A stretch of 64,000 nucleotides of DNA, taken from positions 6,284-70,283 of the forward strand of contig JAXJYC010000020.1 in the NCBI GenBank assembly GCA_036307185.1, written 5' to 3'. The notes beneath the pieces are model-generated. The model was not told where the DNA came from. It ran no database searches and saw nothing but the letters and a program-made list of their open reading frames with translations. The DNA is from Lachnospiraceae bacterium (lineage in GTDB: Bacteria > Bacillota > Clostridia > Lachnospirales > Lachnospiraceae). Shown here piece after piece: positions 18,813 to 27,522 of this stretch (its first letter is position 1; each line of letters begins with the position of its first letter). A program made the translations under genes and the position numbers.

Positions 18813-20858
18813 ATGAGAATTGCATTAACAGGAAATCCCAATAGTGGAAAAACAACAATGTTTAATGCCCTTACTGGGAAAAATGAGAGAGTAGGAAATT
18901 GGGCAGGAGTTACTTTTGATAAGAAGGAATGCCCTATTAAGAAGAGTTTTTTGAAAGATGATAACTATATAGCTAATAAGGATTCTGAGATAGTTATTGT
19001 AGATTTGCCTGGTGCATATTCAATGTCTCCGTTTACAAATGAGGAAAGTGTTACAAGTACATATGTTAAGAACGAAAATCCGGATGTTATTATTAATATT
19101 GTGGATGCAACAAATCTAAGCAGAAGCTTATTCTTTACAACACAGCTTTTAGAGCTGGGAATTCCTATGGTAATAGCACTTAACAAGAGTGATATTAATG
19201 AAAAGAAGAAGACTGAGATTGATGAAAAGGTATTAGCAAAGGAACTTGGTTGCCCGGTTGTTAAGACTATTTCTACATCTAGCGAAGGATTAAATGAACT
19301 GATAAATACTGCTATGAGTGTGATTGGTAAAGAGCAAAAGTCTCCATATGTACAGGCAGATATCAACTTGAATGATAAGGAGGCTGTTACTGAGGAAGAT
19401 AAGAAGAGATTTGCTTTTGTCAACGGAGTGGTAGTTAAGGTAGAGAGTAGAAAGATTAAGACAAAGGATAAAAATTATCAGGATAAAATAGATGCAGTAG
19501 TTACACATCCTATTATCGGTATACCATTATTTGTGGCGGTAATGTTTGCAGTGTTTTATATTTCACAGTCAACAATTGGTGCTTGGATTGCGGAAGGATA
19601 TGAATTTGAATCTGGAAAAACTATTCCTGGACTTGTTACATTTATTGAAATGTTTGGAGAATGGGTTGGTGGTAAGGTGAGTGGAGTTCATCCTTTATTG
19701 CAGGCTATTCTTGTAGATGGTATTATAGGTGGTGTTGGTGCTGTGGTTGGTTTCCTGCCACTAGTTATGGTTATGTATTTCCTTCTTGCTTTGCTTGAGG
19801 ATTGTGGATATATGGCGAGAGTATCAGTAGTTCTTGATCCAATTTTTAAGAGAGTAGGTCTTTCAGGTAAGTCAGTTATTCCTTTTGTAATCGGTGTGGG
19901 TTGCGCTATTCCAGGCATTATGGCCAGCCGTACTATTAGAGATGAAAGAGAGAGAAGAACTACAGCAATGCTTACACCATTTATGCCATGTGGTGCAAAG
20001 ATACCTGTTATTTCACTTTTTGCAGGAGCTTTCTTCACAGGTAAAACATGGGTTGCACCAGTGATGTATTTTGCAGGGATTATTTTAATCCTTTTCTGGG
20101 CGGTTATTATCAAGTTTATTACACGTTATAAATATAAAAAGTCATTTTTTATTATAGAACTTCCAGAGTACAAGGTACCTAGTGTGATAAAAGCTGCATT
20201 GTCAATGGTTGATAGAGGTAAGTCGTATATAATTAAAGCAGGAACAATTATTCTTGTATGTAATGCGCTTGTAACGATAATGGCTTCATTTAGCTGGAGC
20301 TTTAAGCTTGTGGAAAACTCAAGTGAGTCTATACTTCATGATATAGCAGCGCCATTTTCAATTTTACTAATTCCTCTTGGATTTGGTGCATGGCAGTTTG
20401 CAGCGGCAGCTATAACAGGATTTATCGCAAAGGAAGAGGTTGTAGGTACATTGGCAGCAGTGTTTGCAGTTAGTGAGAATGTAATTAACGGTGATTTTGA
20501 GTTGCTTTCAGGAACAGATTTCTTAGCTTCAGTTTCGGCATCAGGAGTAGAGATTACAACTATTGCAGCACTTGCATATCTTTGCTTTAACCTATTTACA
20601 CCACCATGTTTTGCGGCTATAGGAGCGATGAATTCAGAGATTAAGTCAAAGAAGTGGTTGTTTGCTGGAATCGGAATACAGTTTGCAACAGGTTATAGCG
20701 TAGCATTTGGTATATACCAGATAGGTACATTGGTTAAGACAGGTGCAGTAGGAGTTGGCTTTGTACCAGGATTAATTGCAGTGGCTGCTATGGTTTTAGT
20801 TGTAGTTGGAATAGCTGTGAAATCAAGAAGAGATATTGATAGAGCAATTGAAAAGTAA
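18813..20858 (+). CDS. feoB: Ferrous iron transporter FeoB
   Basis: G-domain MRIALTGNPNSGKTTMFNALTG, DLPGAYS, NKSD, then a polytopic permease. I prefer the ATG at 18813 (aggagg 7 nt upstream) to the track start at 18774. Confidence 0.9.
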   Translation: MRIALTGNPNSGKTTMFNALTGKNERVGNWAGVTFDKKECPIKKSFLKDDNYIANKDSEIVIVDLPGAYSMSPFTNEESVTSTYVKNENPDVIINIVDATNLSRSLFFTTQLLELGIPMVIALNKSDINEKKKTEIDEKVLAKELGCPVVKTISTSSEGLNELINTAMSVIGKEQKSPYVQADINLNDKEAVTEEDKKRFAFVNGVVVKVESRKIKTKDKNYQDKIDAVVTHPIIGIPLFVAVMFAVFYISQSTIGAWIAEGYEFESGKTIPGLVTFIEMFGEWVGGKVSGVHPLLQAILVDGIIGGVGAVVGFLPLVMVMYFLLALLEDCGYMARVSVVLDPIFKRVGLSGKSVIPFVIGVGCAIPGIMASRTIRDERERRTTAMLTPFMPCGAKIPVISLFAGAFFTGKTWVAPVMYFAGIILILFWAVIIKFITRYKYKKSFFIIELPEYKVPSVIKAALSMVDRGKSYIIKAGTIILVCNALVTIMASFSWSFKLVENSSESILHDIAAPFSILLIPLGFGAWQFAAAAITGFIAKEEVVGTLAAVFAVSENVINGDFELLSGTDFLASVSASGVEITTIAALAYLCFNLFTPPCFAAIGAMNSEIKSKKWLFAGIGIQFATGYSVAFGIYQIGTLVKTGAVGVGFVPGLIAVAAMVLVVVGIAVKSRRDIDRAIEK

Positions 20859-20958
20859 TTACTAAATTCATTGCGCATGGATTAGATTATCAATTTGCAG
20901 ATTGAAGAAAAGTAACTGAAAAAGTATAATTAATGTAAATTCAAAAAAGGAGTAAGCT

Positions 20959-21126
20959 ATGGCAGATTTGATTGTATTAGGAATTGTGTTGTTGCTAGTT
21001 TTTGCAGCGTCATTATATATATATAAGCAAAAGAAAAAAGGCGTGAAGTGTATAGGGTGCTCGTCAGCAGGCGCTTGCTCCGGGAAATGTAGCTGTGGAT
21101 GTGGCAACGTTGATGATAGAAGTTAG
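20959..21126 (+). CDS. FeoB-associated Cys-rich small membrane protein (not in the ORF track)
   Basis: My translation: MADLIVLGIVLLLVFAASLYIYKQKKKGVKCIGCSSAGACSGKCSCGCGNVDDRS (55 aa). RBS aaaggag. One TM helix plus a Cys-rich tail, as in the small proteins commonly found after feoB in Firmicutes. Confidence 0.7.
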   Translation: MADLIVLGIVLLLVFAASLYIYKQKKKGVKCIGCSSAGACSGKCSCGCGNVDDRS

Positions 21127-21196
21127 CAAAAACATTCTGATAAGGATTGCACTGCGGCGTGTTGCCTCAACAACATCTACCGCTCCGCCGCAGTCA

Positions 21197-21225
21197 AAGA
21201 ATCTCGCGAGCGAGATTCTTTTTTT
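21197..21225 (+). terminator. Intrinsic terminator of the feo operon
   Basis: AAGAATCTCGcgagCGAGATTCTT followed by TTTTT. Confidence 0.85.
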
Positions 21226-21246
21226 GTGCAATAAACTAACTTGGCA

Positions 21247-21625
21247 GACGAAAAAGCCTACCTGATACTGTAAAAGCAAGCTAGGTGGGTAGGTAGGAAA
21301 GAAGCAAAAGCCTACTGGATGTTAGAAAAGTAAGCTGGGTGGGTAGGTAGGAAAGAAGCAAAAGCCTACTGGATGTTAGAAAAGTAAGCTGGGTGGGTAG
21401 GTAGGAAAGATACGAAAACCCACCTAAAGTTGGAAAATTAAGTTAGGTGGGCAAAGAAGAAATAAGGGAAATCCTACTTGACGACAGAAAAACAAGTTGG
21501 GTAGGAAAAAGAACTGAAAAACTACGGCCTACTGAAAACTGAAAAAGTAAGCTGGGTAGGAATGAAGAAGAAAAATTATTGTCCACCAGATGTTGAAAAA
21601 GGAGTTAAGTGGGTAAAAAGAATGT
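21247..21625. repeat. Seven tandem ~54-bp units, each a stem-loop (CCTAC/CCACC arm, A-rich loop, GTAGG/GGTGG arm)
   Basis: 21301-21354 is identical to 21355-21408. 21247-21300 differs from these at 10 of 54 positions. Units 4-7 are degenerate but keep complementary arms. No ORF of 60 aa or more covers 21280-21693. Confidence 0.9.
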
Positions 21626-21784
21626 TTAGAAGATTGAATAAAGAGTGAATAGATAAAATGCTCAATGTAATACAGAATTTCGCAAACATAATACTATCCT
21701 ATCGATAAAAATATTGTAAATTTATTAATGTATGTTGTAATTCTAAGAAGCTGTATTAAAAGTATAACATCGTACAATGGCAAA

Positions 21785-21813
21785 TTGAATATGCAAAAAC
21801 TATGAGATATAAT
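21785..21813 (+). promoter_or_regulatory. Promoter of the amylase gene
   Basis: TTGAAT, 17 nt, TATAAT, read directly. Confidence 0.6.
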
Positions 21814-21889
21814 AGCTTTAAAAGAGGTTATATACAAGTCAGTGGTATAAATATTAAGTAAATCTACATCAAAGGAGAAGAGATTTGTT

Positions 21890-24295
21890 ATGAGAAAAAG
21901 ATTAGCGTCTTTGACTGCTATAGTTGTACTTGCATGTTCGATATTTACAAGTAATAGTGCAATGACTACCTTCAGTAAGTCTAAGCAGATTACGACAACA
22001 TCTAATAAGTTAGTAAGTGACGAAAATGACGTAGAAGTGAGTAATGCAAACAACGCAGAAGTTGGCAACGCATCTGCATCTGTAGAGGGCACAGAGCTAG
22101 ATAAGTCAGCAGCAAACAATGTGAATGTAAACGGCACCATGATGCAGTATTTTGAGTGGAATTTGCCTGATAATGGAAGTTTGTGGAATCAGATTGCAGA
22201 CCAGGCGGATGAATTAGCTGATATGGGTATTACAGCGCTTTGGTTGCCACCAGCATATAAGGGGGGGCACTCGGGTGATGTTGGTTATGGTGTGTATGAT
22301 TTATATGATTTAGGAGAGTTTAATCAGAAGGGTACTGTTCGTACGAAGTATGGAACTAAGGCTCAGTATTTAAATGCGATTAATAAACTCCATGCTAATG
22401 GTATTCATGCCTATGCTGATATTGTTTTAAATCACAAGGGCAATGCAGATGGAACAGAGAATGTCAATGCTAGAGAAGTAGATGGTGGAAATAGAAATAA
22501 TGTATATGGAGATTTAAAAAATGTAAAGGTGTGGACAGTTTTTAATTTCCCAGGACGTGGCAATACATATTCATCATTTAAATGGAATTATACTCATTTT
22601 GATGCGGTTGATTATGATGCTAATACAAATCAGAACAAGATATATTTGTTAGATGGCAAATCATGGGATTCGAAAGTAGATAATGAAAATGGAAACTATG
22701 ATTATCTTATGTATGCTGATCTAGATTTTGATAATGCTGAGGTTGTAAATGAGGTTAAGAGCTGGGGAAAATGGTATGTTGATACAGCTAAATTAGATGG
22801 ATTTAGATTAGATGCAGTTAAGCATATTAAGTATTCGTTCTTCAAGGATTGGCTTACATATTTAAGAAGTGCAACCGGCAAAGAGCTCTTTACAGTAGGT
22901 GAATTTTATTCAAATGATTTAGGAAAACTACAGGATTACATAAGAGAGACGCAGAGAACAATGTCATTATTTGATATGCCACTTCATAATCATATGCAAG
23001 AGGCATCAAAGAGTAATGGACAATATGATATGAGTAAGATTCTTAATGGAACATTGGTAAGTGCGGATCCAGTATTAGCAGTTACATTCGTTGAAAATCA
23101 TGACACACAGCCAGGACAGTCTGATTATTCATATGTACTTGATTGGTTTAAACCACTTGCGTATACACTTATTCTTACAAGAGAAGGTGGATATCCATGT
23201 GTGTTCTATGGTGATTACTATGGCTTGCAGCAGAAACAAAATAATTCTGGTAGCGCTCAAAAGTATGAGATTGAAAAGCTTATGAAGGCTAGAACTGCTT
23301 GTGCATATGGAGCACAGCATGATTATTTCGATCATGGTGATATAGTAGGTTGGACAAGAGAGGGCGATAGCGCTCATGCGAATTCAGGTCTTGCATCGAT
23401 TATTACAGATGGCCCAGGTGGAAGTAAGACAATGTATGTAGGTAAACAGCATGCAGGAGAGACTTGGTATGATATAACAGGTCATGTTGGCGAGACAGTG
23501 ACAATCGGTAGCGATGGATGTGCTGTATTCAAGGTAAATGGTGGTTCGAATTCAGTATATGTTTCTAGCAAGATTACAGTACCAGGTGCAAATACACAGG
23601 GTAATAATTCAGTTACAATTTATTATAAGACAGATTGGGCGACACCATACGCGCACTATTGTGTAGGTGGTGGATCATGGACAGCAGCACCAGGTGTAAA
23701 GATGACAAAGCTTTCAGATGGTTACTATAAGATAACAGTTCCTATGGGTGGAGCGTCAGATATTAAGATGTGTTTCAATGATGGTAATGATACATGGGAT
23801 AACAATGGCGGTAACGATTATTCCTTTATGTCAGGAAAATATACTGTGAACAATGGATCGGTTTCAAGTGGAGCTCCAGCAGGAATTGTCGATCCAGATG
23901 ATAGTGGAAATGGAAGTGGAACAGGAAGTGGATCAGGAAGCGGATCAGGAAGCGGAAGTGGTTCGGGAAATAATGGTTCACAAAATGGTGAGGAAAGTAC
24001 AAGTGCTATAGAGGAGTCAACAGAGGAAGAAAGTAGCTCTGAAACAGAGACAGTAACTGATGCTGTAGGTGAAAATGAAGAAGAAACAACAAAAATTGAT
24101 GCCTCGTCAGAAGACAAAAATGAAAGTAGTATCGGTTCTAAAGATGATAACGGCAAGGATGATAATAAAAATGTATCGGAAAATGATAGTTTAGTACAAT
24201 GCGCGTTTGTTTATCTAAAAGTTCTCCTAGCGAAAATTTATGCGAAAGGCAAATTTCTTATATTGATAATCTTGGCTTTAAAAAATTATAATTAG
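21890..24295 (+). CDS. Secreted GH13 alpha-amylase with C-terminal starch-binding module (CBM25/26-like), Gly-Ser linker and acidic tail
   Basis: 801 aa. Signal peptide. MMQYFEWNLP...ALWLPPAYKG, GFRLDAVKHI, VGEF, FVENHDTQPG (Bacillus licheniformis-type amylase regions). NSVTIYYKTDWATPYAHY...WDNNGGNDY starch-binding-like module. (GS)n linker. Confidence 0.9.
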   Translation: MRKRLASLTAIVVLACSIFTSNSAMTTFSKSKQITTTSNKLVSDENDVEVSNANNAEVGNASASVEGTELDKSAANNVNVNGTMMQYFEWNLPDNGSLWNQIADQADELADMGITALWLPPAYKGGHSGDVGYGVYDLYDLGEFNQKGTVRTKYGTKAQYLNAINKLHANGIHAYADIVLNHKGNADGTENVNAREVDGGNRNNVYGDLKNVKVWTVFNFPGRGNTYSSFKWNYTHFDAVDYDANTNQNKIYLLDGKSWDSKVDNENGNYDYLMYADLDFDNAEVVNEVKSWGKWYVDTAKLDGFRLDAVKHIKYSFFKDWLTYLRSATGKELFTVGEFYSNDLGKLQDYIRETQRTMSLFDMPLHNHMQEASKSNGQYDMSKILNGTLVSADPVLAVTFVENHDTQPGQSDYSYVLDWFKPLAYTLILTREGGYPCVFYGDYYGLQQKQNNSGSAQKYEIEKLMKARTACAYGAQHDYFDHGDIVGWTREGDSAHANSGLASIITDGPGGSKTMYVGKQHAGETWYDITGHVGETVTIGSDGCAVFKVNGGSNSVYVSSKITVPGANTQGNNSVTIYYKTDWATPYAHYCVGGGSWTAAPGVKMTKLSDGYYKITVPMGGASDIKMCFNDGNDTWDNNGGNDYSFMSGKYTVNNGSVSSGAPAGIVDPDDSGNGSGTGSGSGSGSGSGSGSGNNGSQNGEESTSAIEESTEEESSSETETVTDAVGENEEETTKIDASSEDKNESSIGSKDDNGKDDNKNVSENDSLVQCAFVYLKVLLAKIYAKGKFLILIILALKNYN

Positions 24296-24306
24296 GTTGC
24301 TTAAAT

Positions 24307-24339
24307 AAAAGTAGGATAGTTAATAAGCTATCCTACTTT
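24307..24339 (+). terminator. Intrinsic terminator after the amylase gene
   Basis: AAAAGTAGGATAGttaataagCTATCCTACTTTT: 13-bp stem. Confidence 0.85.
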
Positions 24340-24465
24340 TATCGTATAGGAAGGTTCTATTTGTGAATTTCCTATATGAAAAAATTATAGAATGCGAATA
24401 TTATGGGGTACGCATTTTATAAACGGGATTTAGCAAAAAATTATAATGTTAAGGAGGATTTTTCC

Positions 24466-24691
24466 ATGAGAAATCGAAAAAAGCATGGCTTGTTAAAAGG
24501 CTTTGCAGTAGCAATGGGCGCAATGTAACGGAAATGCAATGTATAAGATTGTTATCCCAACAGACATCGTAGGACTTATCTTTACAAATGGTTCAACACA
24601 GACAGTTGATATAACAACAAATCTTAAGGATGGTGCAGTATTTAGCGTGTCAGGAAATTCTGGTAGCAAGTATAATGTGTCAGTTAAGTAA
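24466..24691 (+). pseudogene. Possible frameshifted small lipoprotein gene
   Basis: After aaggagg: MRNRKKHGLLKGFAVAMGAM then a stop. The next frame continues QCNGNAMYKIVIPTDIVGLIFTNGSTQTVDITTNLKDGAVFSVSGNSGSKYNVSVK. Removing one A near 24523-24526 would give a signal peptide ending ..AMGA-C. Confidence 0.3.
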
Positions 24692-24719
24692 AAAGCTATA
24701 TAAGTATCTAAAAAATTGG

Positions 24720-24770
24720 GGCGCCCTCCGCAAGGAAGGCGCCCCAAGTGGCTTTTTATCTTAGTTTAAT
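24720..24770. terminator. Bidirectional GC-rich terminator
   Basis: aaaaaTTGGGGCGCCctccgcaaggaaGGCGCCCCAAgtggcttttt: 10-bp GC-rich stem. Confidence 0.8.
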
Positions 24771-24799
24771 ATTATCAGTTTCATATGACTTAGCATTCT

Positions 24800-26608
24800 T
24801 TACAAAGGTAGGTCTTTCTTGGTAAAACGAATGGAACCAAGTATATATCCAAGTAGGCCGACTACTCCAAGTATGATAAATTTCCAAATGAAAGCATTTG
24901 TTCCATCAATGATAGCAATAACATCAAATAAGGAAATGATTGTCGCATAATTGAAGTTGTTCAAAGCATCGAGACGAACGACAGATGGAATAACAGGGCT
25001 GCCGAATAGTCCTAGCATGGCGGCAACAAGTGCGAAAATAGAAAGGCCACCGCCTATTGCCATAGAACGCTTGCTGCGGTCAAACACGCAAGAAGTAAAG
25101 AAGCAAAGTCCGGAAAGTGCTAAAAGAACAAGGAACGCACCTACATTTAACAAAATCAGATTTGTATAGGTCAATTCTACATCTTCTGTCACAAGCGATA
25201 GGCATACACAACCTGTTACTGTTGTTAATGAGAACATGGCAAGCAGAGAACCGATGAGATACAATCCTTGCGTAAATACTACTGTGCTTCTCTTAGTTGA
25301 GGTGGAAAGTACATACGCCATAGAGCCGCTGTCTACCTGGCCAGATATTAGGCTGTTTGATGTCATAATCATATATATGATAGGTAGTAAAAGACCTGCA
25401 AGCTTATAGAAGATGGAGCCAACAATCAAGGTGTAAAGATCTGCCTGACCGATTTCTTCTAGAGCATCGGAAACTTCCACTGGTAAAGTGGAAAGGAAAC
25501 TAGTAGAGATATCCTTAGCAAGACTTTCTTTTTTGTCTGCAATTGTACTAAGATAGACATCTTCATTTGCAAAATCACCTGCATTATACTGTTCATCGAG
25601 CAAACCAAGTTCATAGTTCAGTCTACCTTGGTAAGTTACAATAGCAGTTTGAGCCATATGCTTGATGGAATCATAGGTATAACCGAAAGAATTATATTTT
25701 TCTTCGGTAACGCCATAGTTAGAGAGCGCATCTATAAGAGTTTCTGTTGCTTCAGTTTTAGTTATATTTCCAGCAAGGAAGATCGCTGCGCCTTCTTTGG
25801 CTCTTGCTTGGCAGTAAGCATTTCTCTCCTCAGAGCTAAGAAAGTCAACAATGTCACCGCTGCTGATATGAGAGATTAAGGACATAAAATCATAATTGTC
25901 GGGTATGTCCTCATCATTTTCAACATAAAAATCATCAAAGGTTCCATTTGGGTTCAAAGTATACATAACACTGCCGAGAATTTCTAGAGCCTCAGAAGAG
26001 TTCTCTGCATATCCCTCGTCTTTTGCTTTTTTAGCAAGATAATTCTGCAATTCTTCACAGGCAGAGGAATAAGCAACTGTAATAGCATTTTCTTGAGTCG
26101 CAGGAGACTGCTTCTGCCAGACTTCTACTGCAGATAAGTATTCATTTGTAGCGGAGAAGGTTTCTTGTTGAGGAATTTTTGCCATCCATTCATTTACGAC
26201 TGCTGCATAAGCTTTGCCAGCATCTGTTTTCATTTCTGGAACAGAATCTTGCCATTTTTCTATTGCTGTAGTATATATAGCTAAATCAGAAAAATCGGTT
26301 TTGTTCGGCATTTGTGAACACCATACAAGATAAGAGAGGGTGTCTTTTGCATTTTCTGAGAAAATGGAATCGAATTTTATAAGTCCGTCTTCGGCAGTTG
26401 TATAATAGGACAGTGCACGTTTTTCCATTTGAGATTCAATCTCTTTTGTAATGATGGTATCCTGAATAGAATCTTTGAATTCACCTATATTACCGTTGCC
26501 TGAAATTAGCATGACACAGGCAAGCATAAAGCAGACGGCGAAGGTAATAATGCCCCACATGGTACCGTTTGCTTTGCAGGATTGTTTGAATAAAGCTTTG
26601 CTAAACAT
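24800..26608 (-). CDS. ABC transporter permease with a large extracytoplasmic domain
   Basis: 602 aa. One N-terminal TM, a soluble loop of about 370 aa, and 5 C-terminal TM helices. Immediately downstream of two ABC ATPase genes. Confidence 0.65.
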   Translation of the reverse strand: MFSKALFKQSCKANGTMWGIITFAVCFMLACVMLISGNGNIGEFKDSIQDTIITKEIESQMEKRALSYYTTAEDGLIKFDSIFSENAKDTLSYLVWCSQMPNKTDFSDLAIYTTAIEKWQDSVPEMKTDAGKAYAAVVNEWMAKIPQQETFSATNEYLSAVEVWQKQSPATQENAITVAYSSACEELQNYLAKKAKDEGYAENSSEALEILGSVMYTLNPNGTFDDFYVENDEDIPDNYDFMSLISHISSGDIVDFLSSEERNAYCQARAKEGAAIFLAGNITKTEATETLIDALSNYGVTEEKYNSFGYTYDSIKHMAQTAIVTYQGRLNYELGLLDEQYNAGDFANEDVYLSTIADKKESLAKDISTSFLSTLPVEVSDALEEIGQADLYTLIVGSIFYKLAGLLLPIIYMIMTSNSLISGQVDSGSMAYVLSTSTKRSTVVFTQGLYLIGSLLAMFSLTTVTGCVCLSLVTEDVELTYTNLILLNVGAFLVLLALSGLCFFTSCVFDRSKRSMAIGGGLSIFALVAAMLGLFGSPVIPSVVRLDALNNFNYATIISLFDVIAIIDGTNAFIWKFIILGVVGLLGYILGSIRFTKKDLPL

Positions 26609-26622
26609 TGTGTTTCACCATT

Positions 26623-27522
26623 TTAACCTTTCTTTTGACTAAATAAAATATTCTTAAAGTGCATTTCCAATGTGTATGGAAGTTCCGAAATGAATTTAAC
26701 ATTATAGCTTTTTAAAACATTCAGAAGACCGGCTGTTTCGTCTGCACTAATACGGATAGAAACCTGATGGTATTGCTCTTGTAAGCGGATTGTTTCATAC
26801 GGTTCGCGAAGGAAACGCTTGAAATCTTCAGCGGTATAAAATTCAATCTTAAACTCTTTTATCGGTCTGTTTCGAATCTGATTCATATCGCATACGTTCA
26901 CGATATGCCCATCATTGATTAACGCTACCTTATCGCAGGTTTTCTCTAATTCATCAAAACTATGGCTGCTCATAAAGATAGTTTTTCCTTTTTGGTGTTC
27001 TTCTTTAATGATGTCAAGGAAGGTCGCACGCATCAGAGGATCAAGACCGGTGGTAGGTTCGTCTAACAGGATGATGGGAGCATCGTTTATAAGAGCAGCT
27101 ACCAATGCTGTTTTCTGTTTCATGCCTTTACTCATTCGTTTGAGGTTGGCTCTGGGATCGAGTTGCAGGCGTTCGATTAGTTCGTTGGCATAGGACATAT
27201 CGTGAAGTCCTAAGAAATCCGTCTGACATTTCAAAAAATCAATGCCTGTTTTTAAATCTGGAAATGCGATTTCGCCAGGTACATAACCAATTTGCTTTAC
27301 AATTTCACTGGAATGATCCCATGAAGATAAACCGTTTACCGTTACACTTCCAGATGTAGGTTTTAAAAAGCCCATGATATGTCGTATAGTGGTTGTTTTA
27401 CCGCTGCCGTTTGTGCCGACATAACCGACCATTTCACCTTCGTTAATGGAAAGATTCAGGTCAAAGATGCCTTGCCCATTTCCATAATCCTTTGTAAGAC
27501 TGTTCAGTTCAATTACGCTCAT
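26623..27522 (-). CDS. ABC transporter ATP-binding protein
   Basis: 299 aa. Walker A GTNGSGKTT, signature MSKGMKQK, Walker B IILLDEPTTGLD. Confidence 0.9.
   Translation of the reverse strand: MSVIELNSLTKDYGNGQGIFDLNLSINEGEMVGYVGTNGSGKTTTIRHIMGFLKPTSGSVTVNGLSSWDHSSEIVKQIGYVPGEIAFPDLKTGIDFLKCQTDFLGLHDMSYANELIERLQLDPRANLKRMSKGMKQKTALVAALINDAPIILLDEPTTGLDPLMRATFLDIIKEEHQKGKTIFMSSHSFDELEKTCDKVALINDGHIVNVCDMNQIRNRPIKEFKIEFYTAEDFKRFLREPYETIRLQEQYHQVSIRISADETAGLLNVLKSYNVKFISELPYTLEMHFKNILFSQKKG

Noticed and set aside
19688-20113. Long antisense ORFs inside genes (also 1954-2463, 10180-10608, 18965-19423, 58107-58583, 51273-51674)
   Set aside because: All lie opposite strongly supported coding regions, lack RBS signals, and have composition typical of antisense frames in AT-rich DNA.
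21064-21279. 71-aa minus-strand ORF
   Set aside because: Runs antisense through the Cys-rich small gene, the GC-rich hairpin and the intrinsic terminator, so it is most likely an artefact of those structures.
21247-21625. CRISPR array
   Set aside because: Whole ~54-bp units repeat, including what would be the spacers. Two units are identical end to end. There are no unique spacers and no cas genes in the window.
21694-22140. 148-aa minus-strand ORF overlapping the amylase promoter and start
   Set aside because: Antisense to a well-supported gene and promoter, low-complexity Leu/Ser/Thr composition, no RBS.
23905-23965. Hexanucleotide repeat as an independent repeat element
   Set aside because: It is in frame within the amylase gene and simply encodes the (GS)n interdomain linker.
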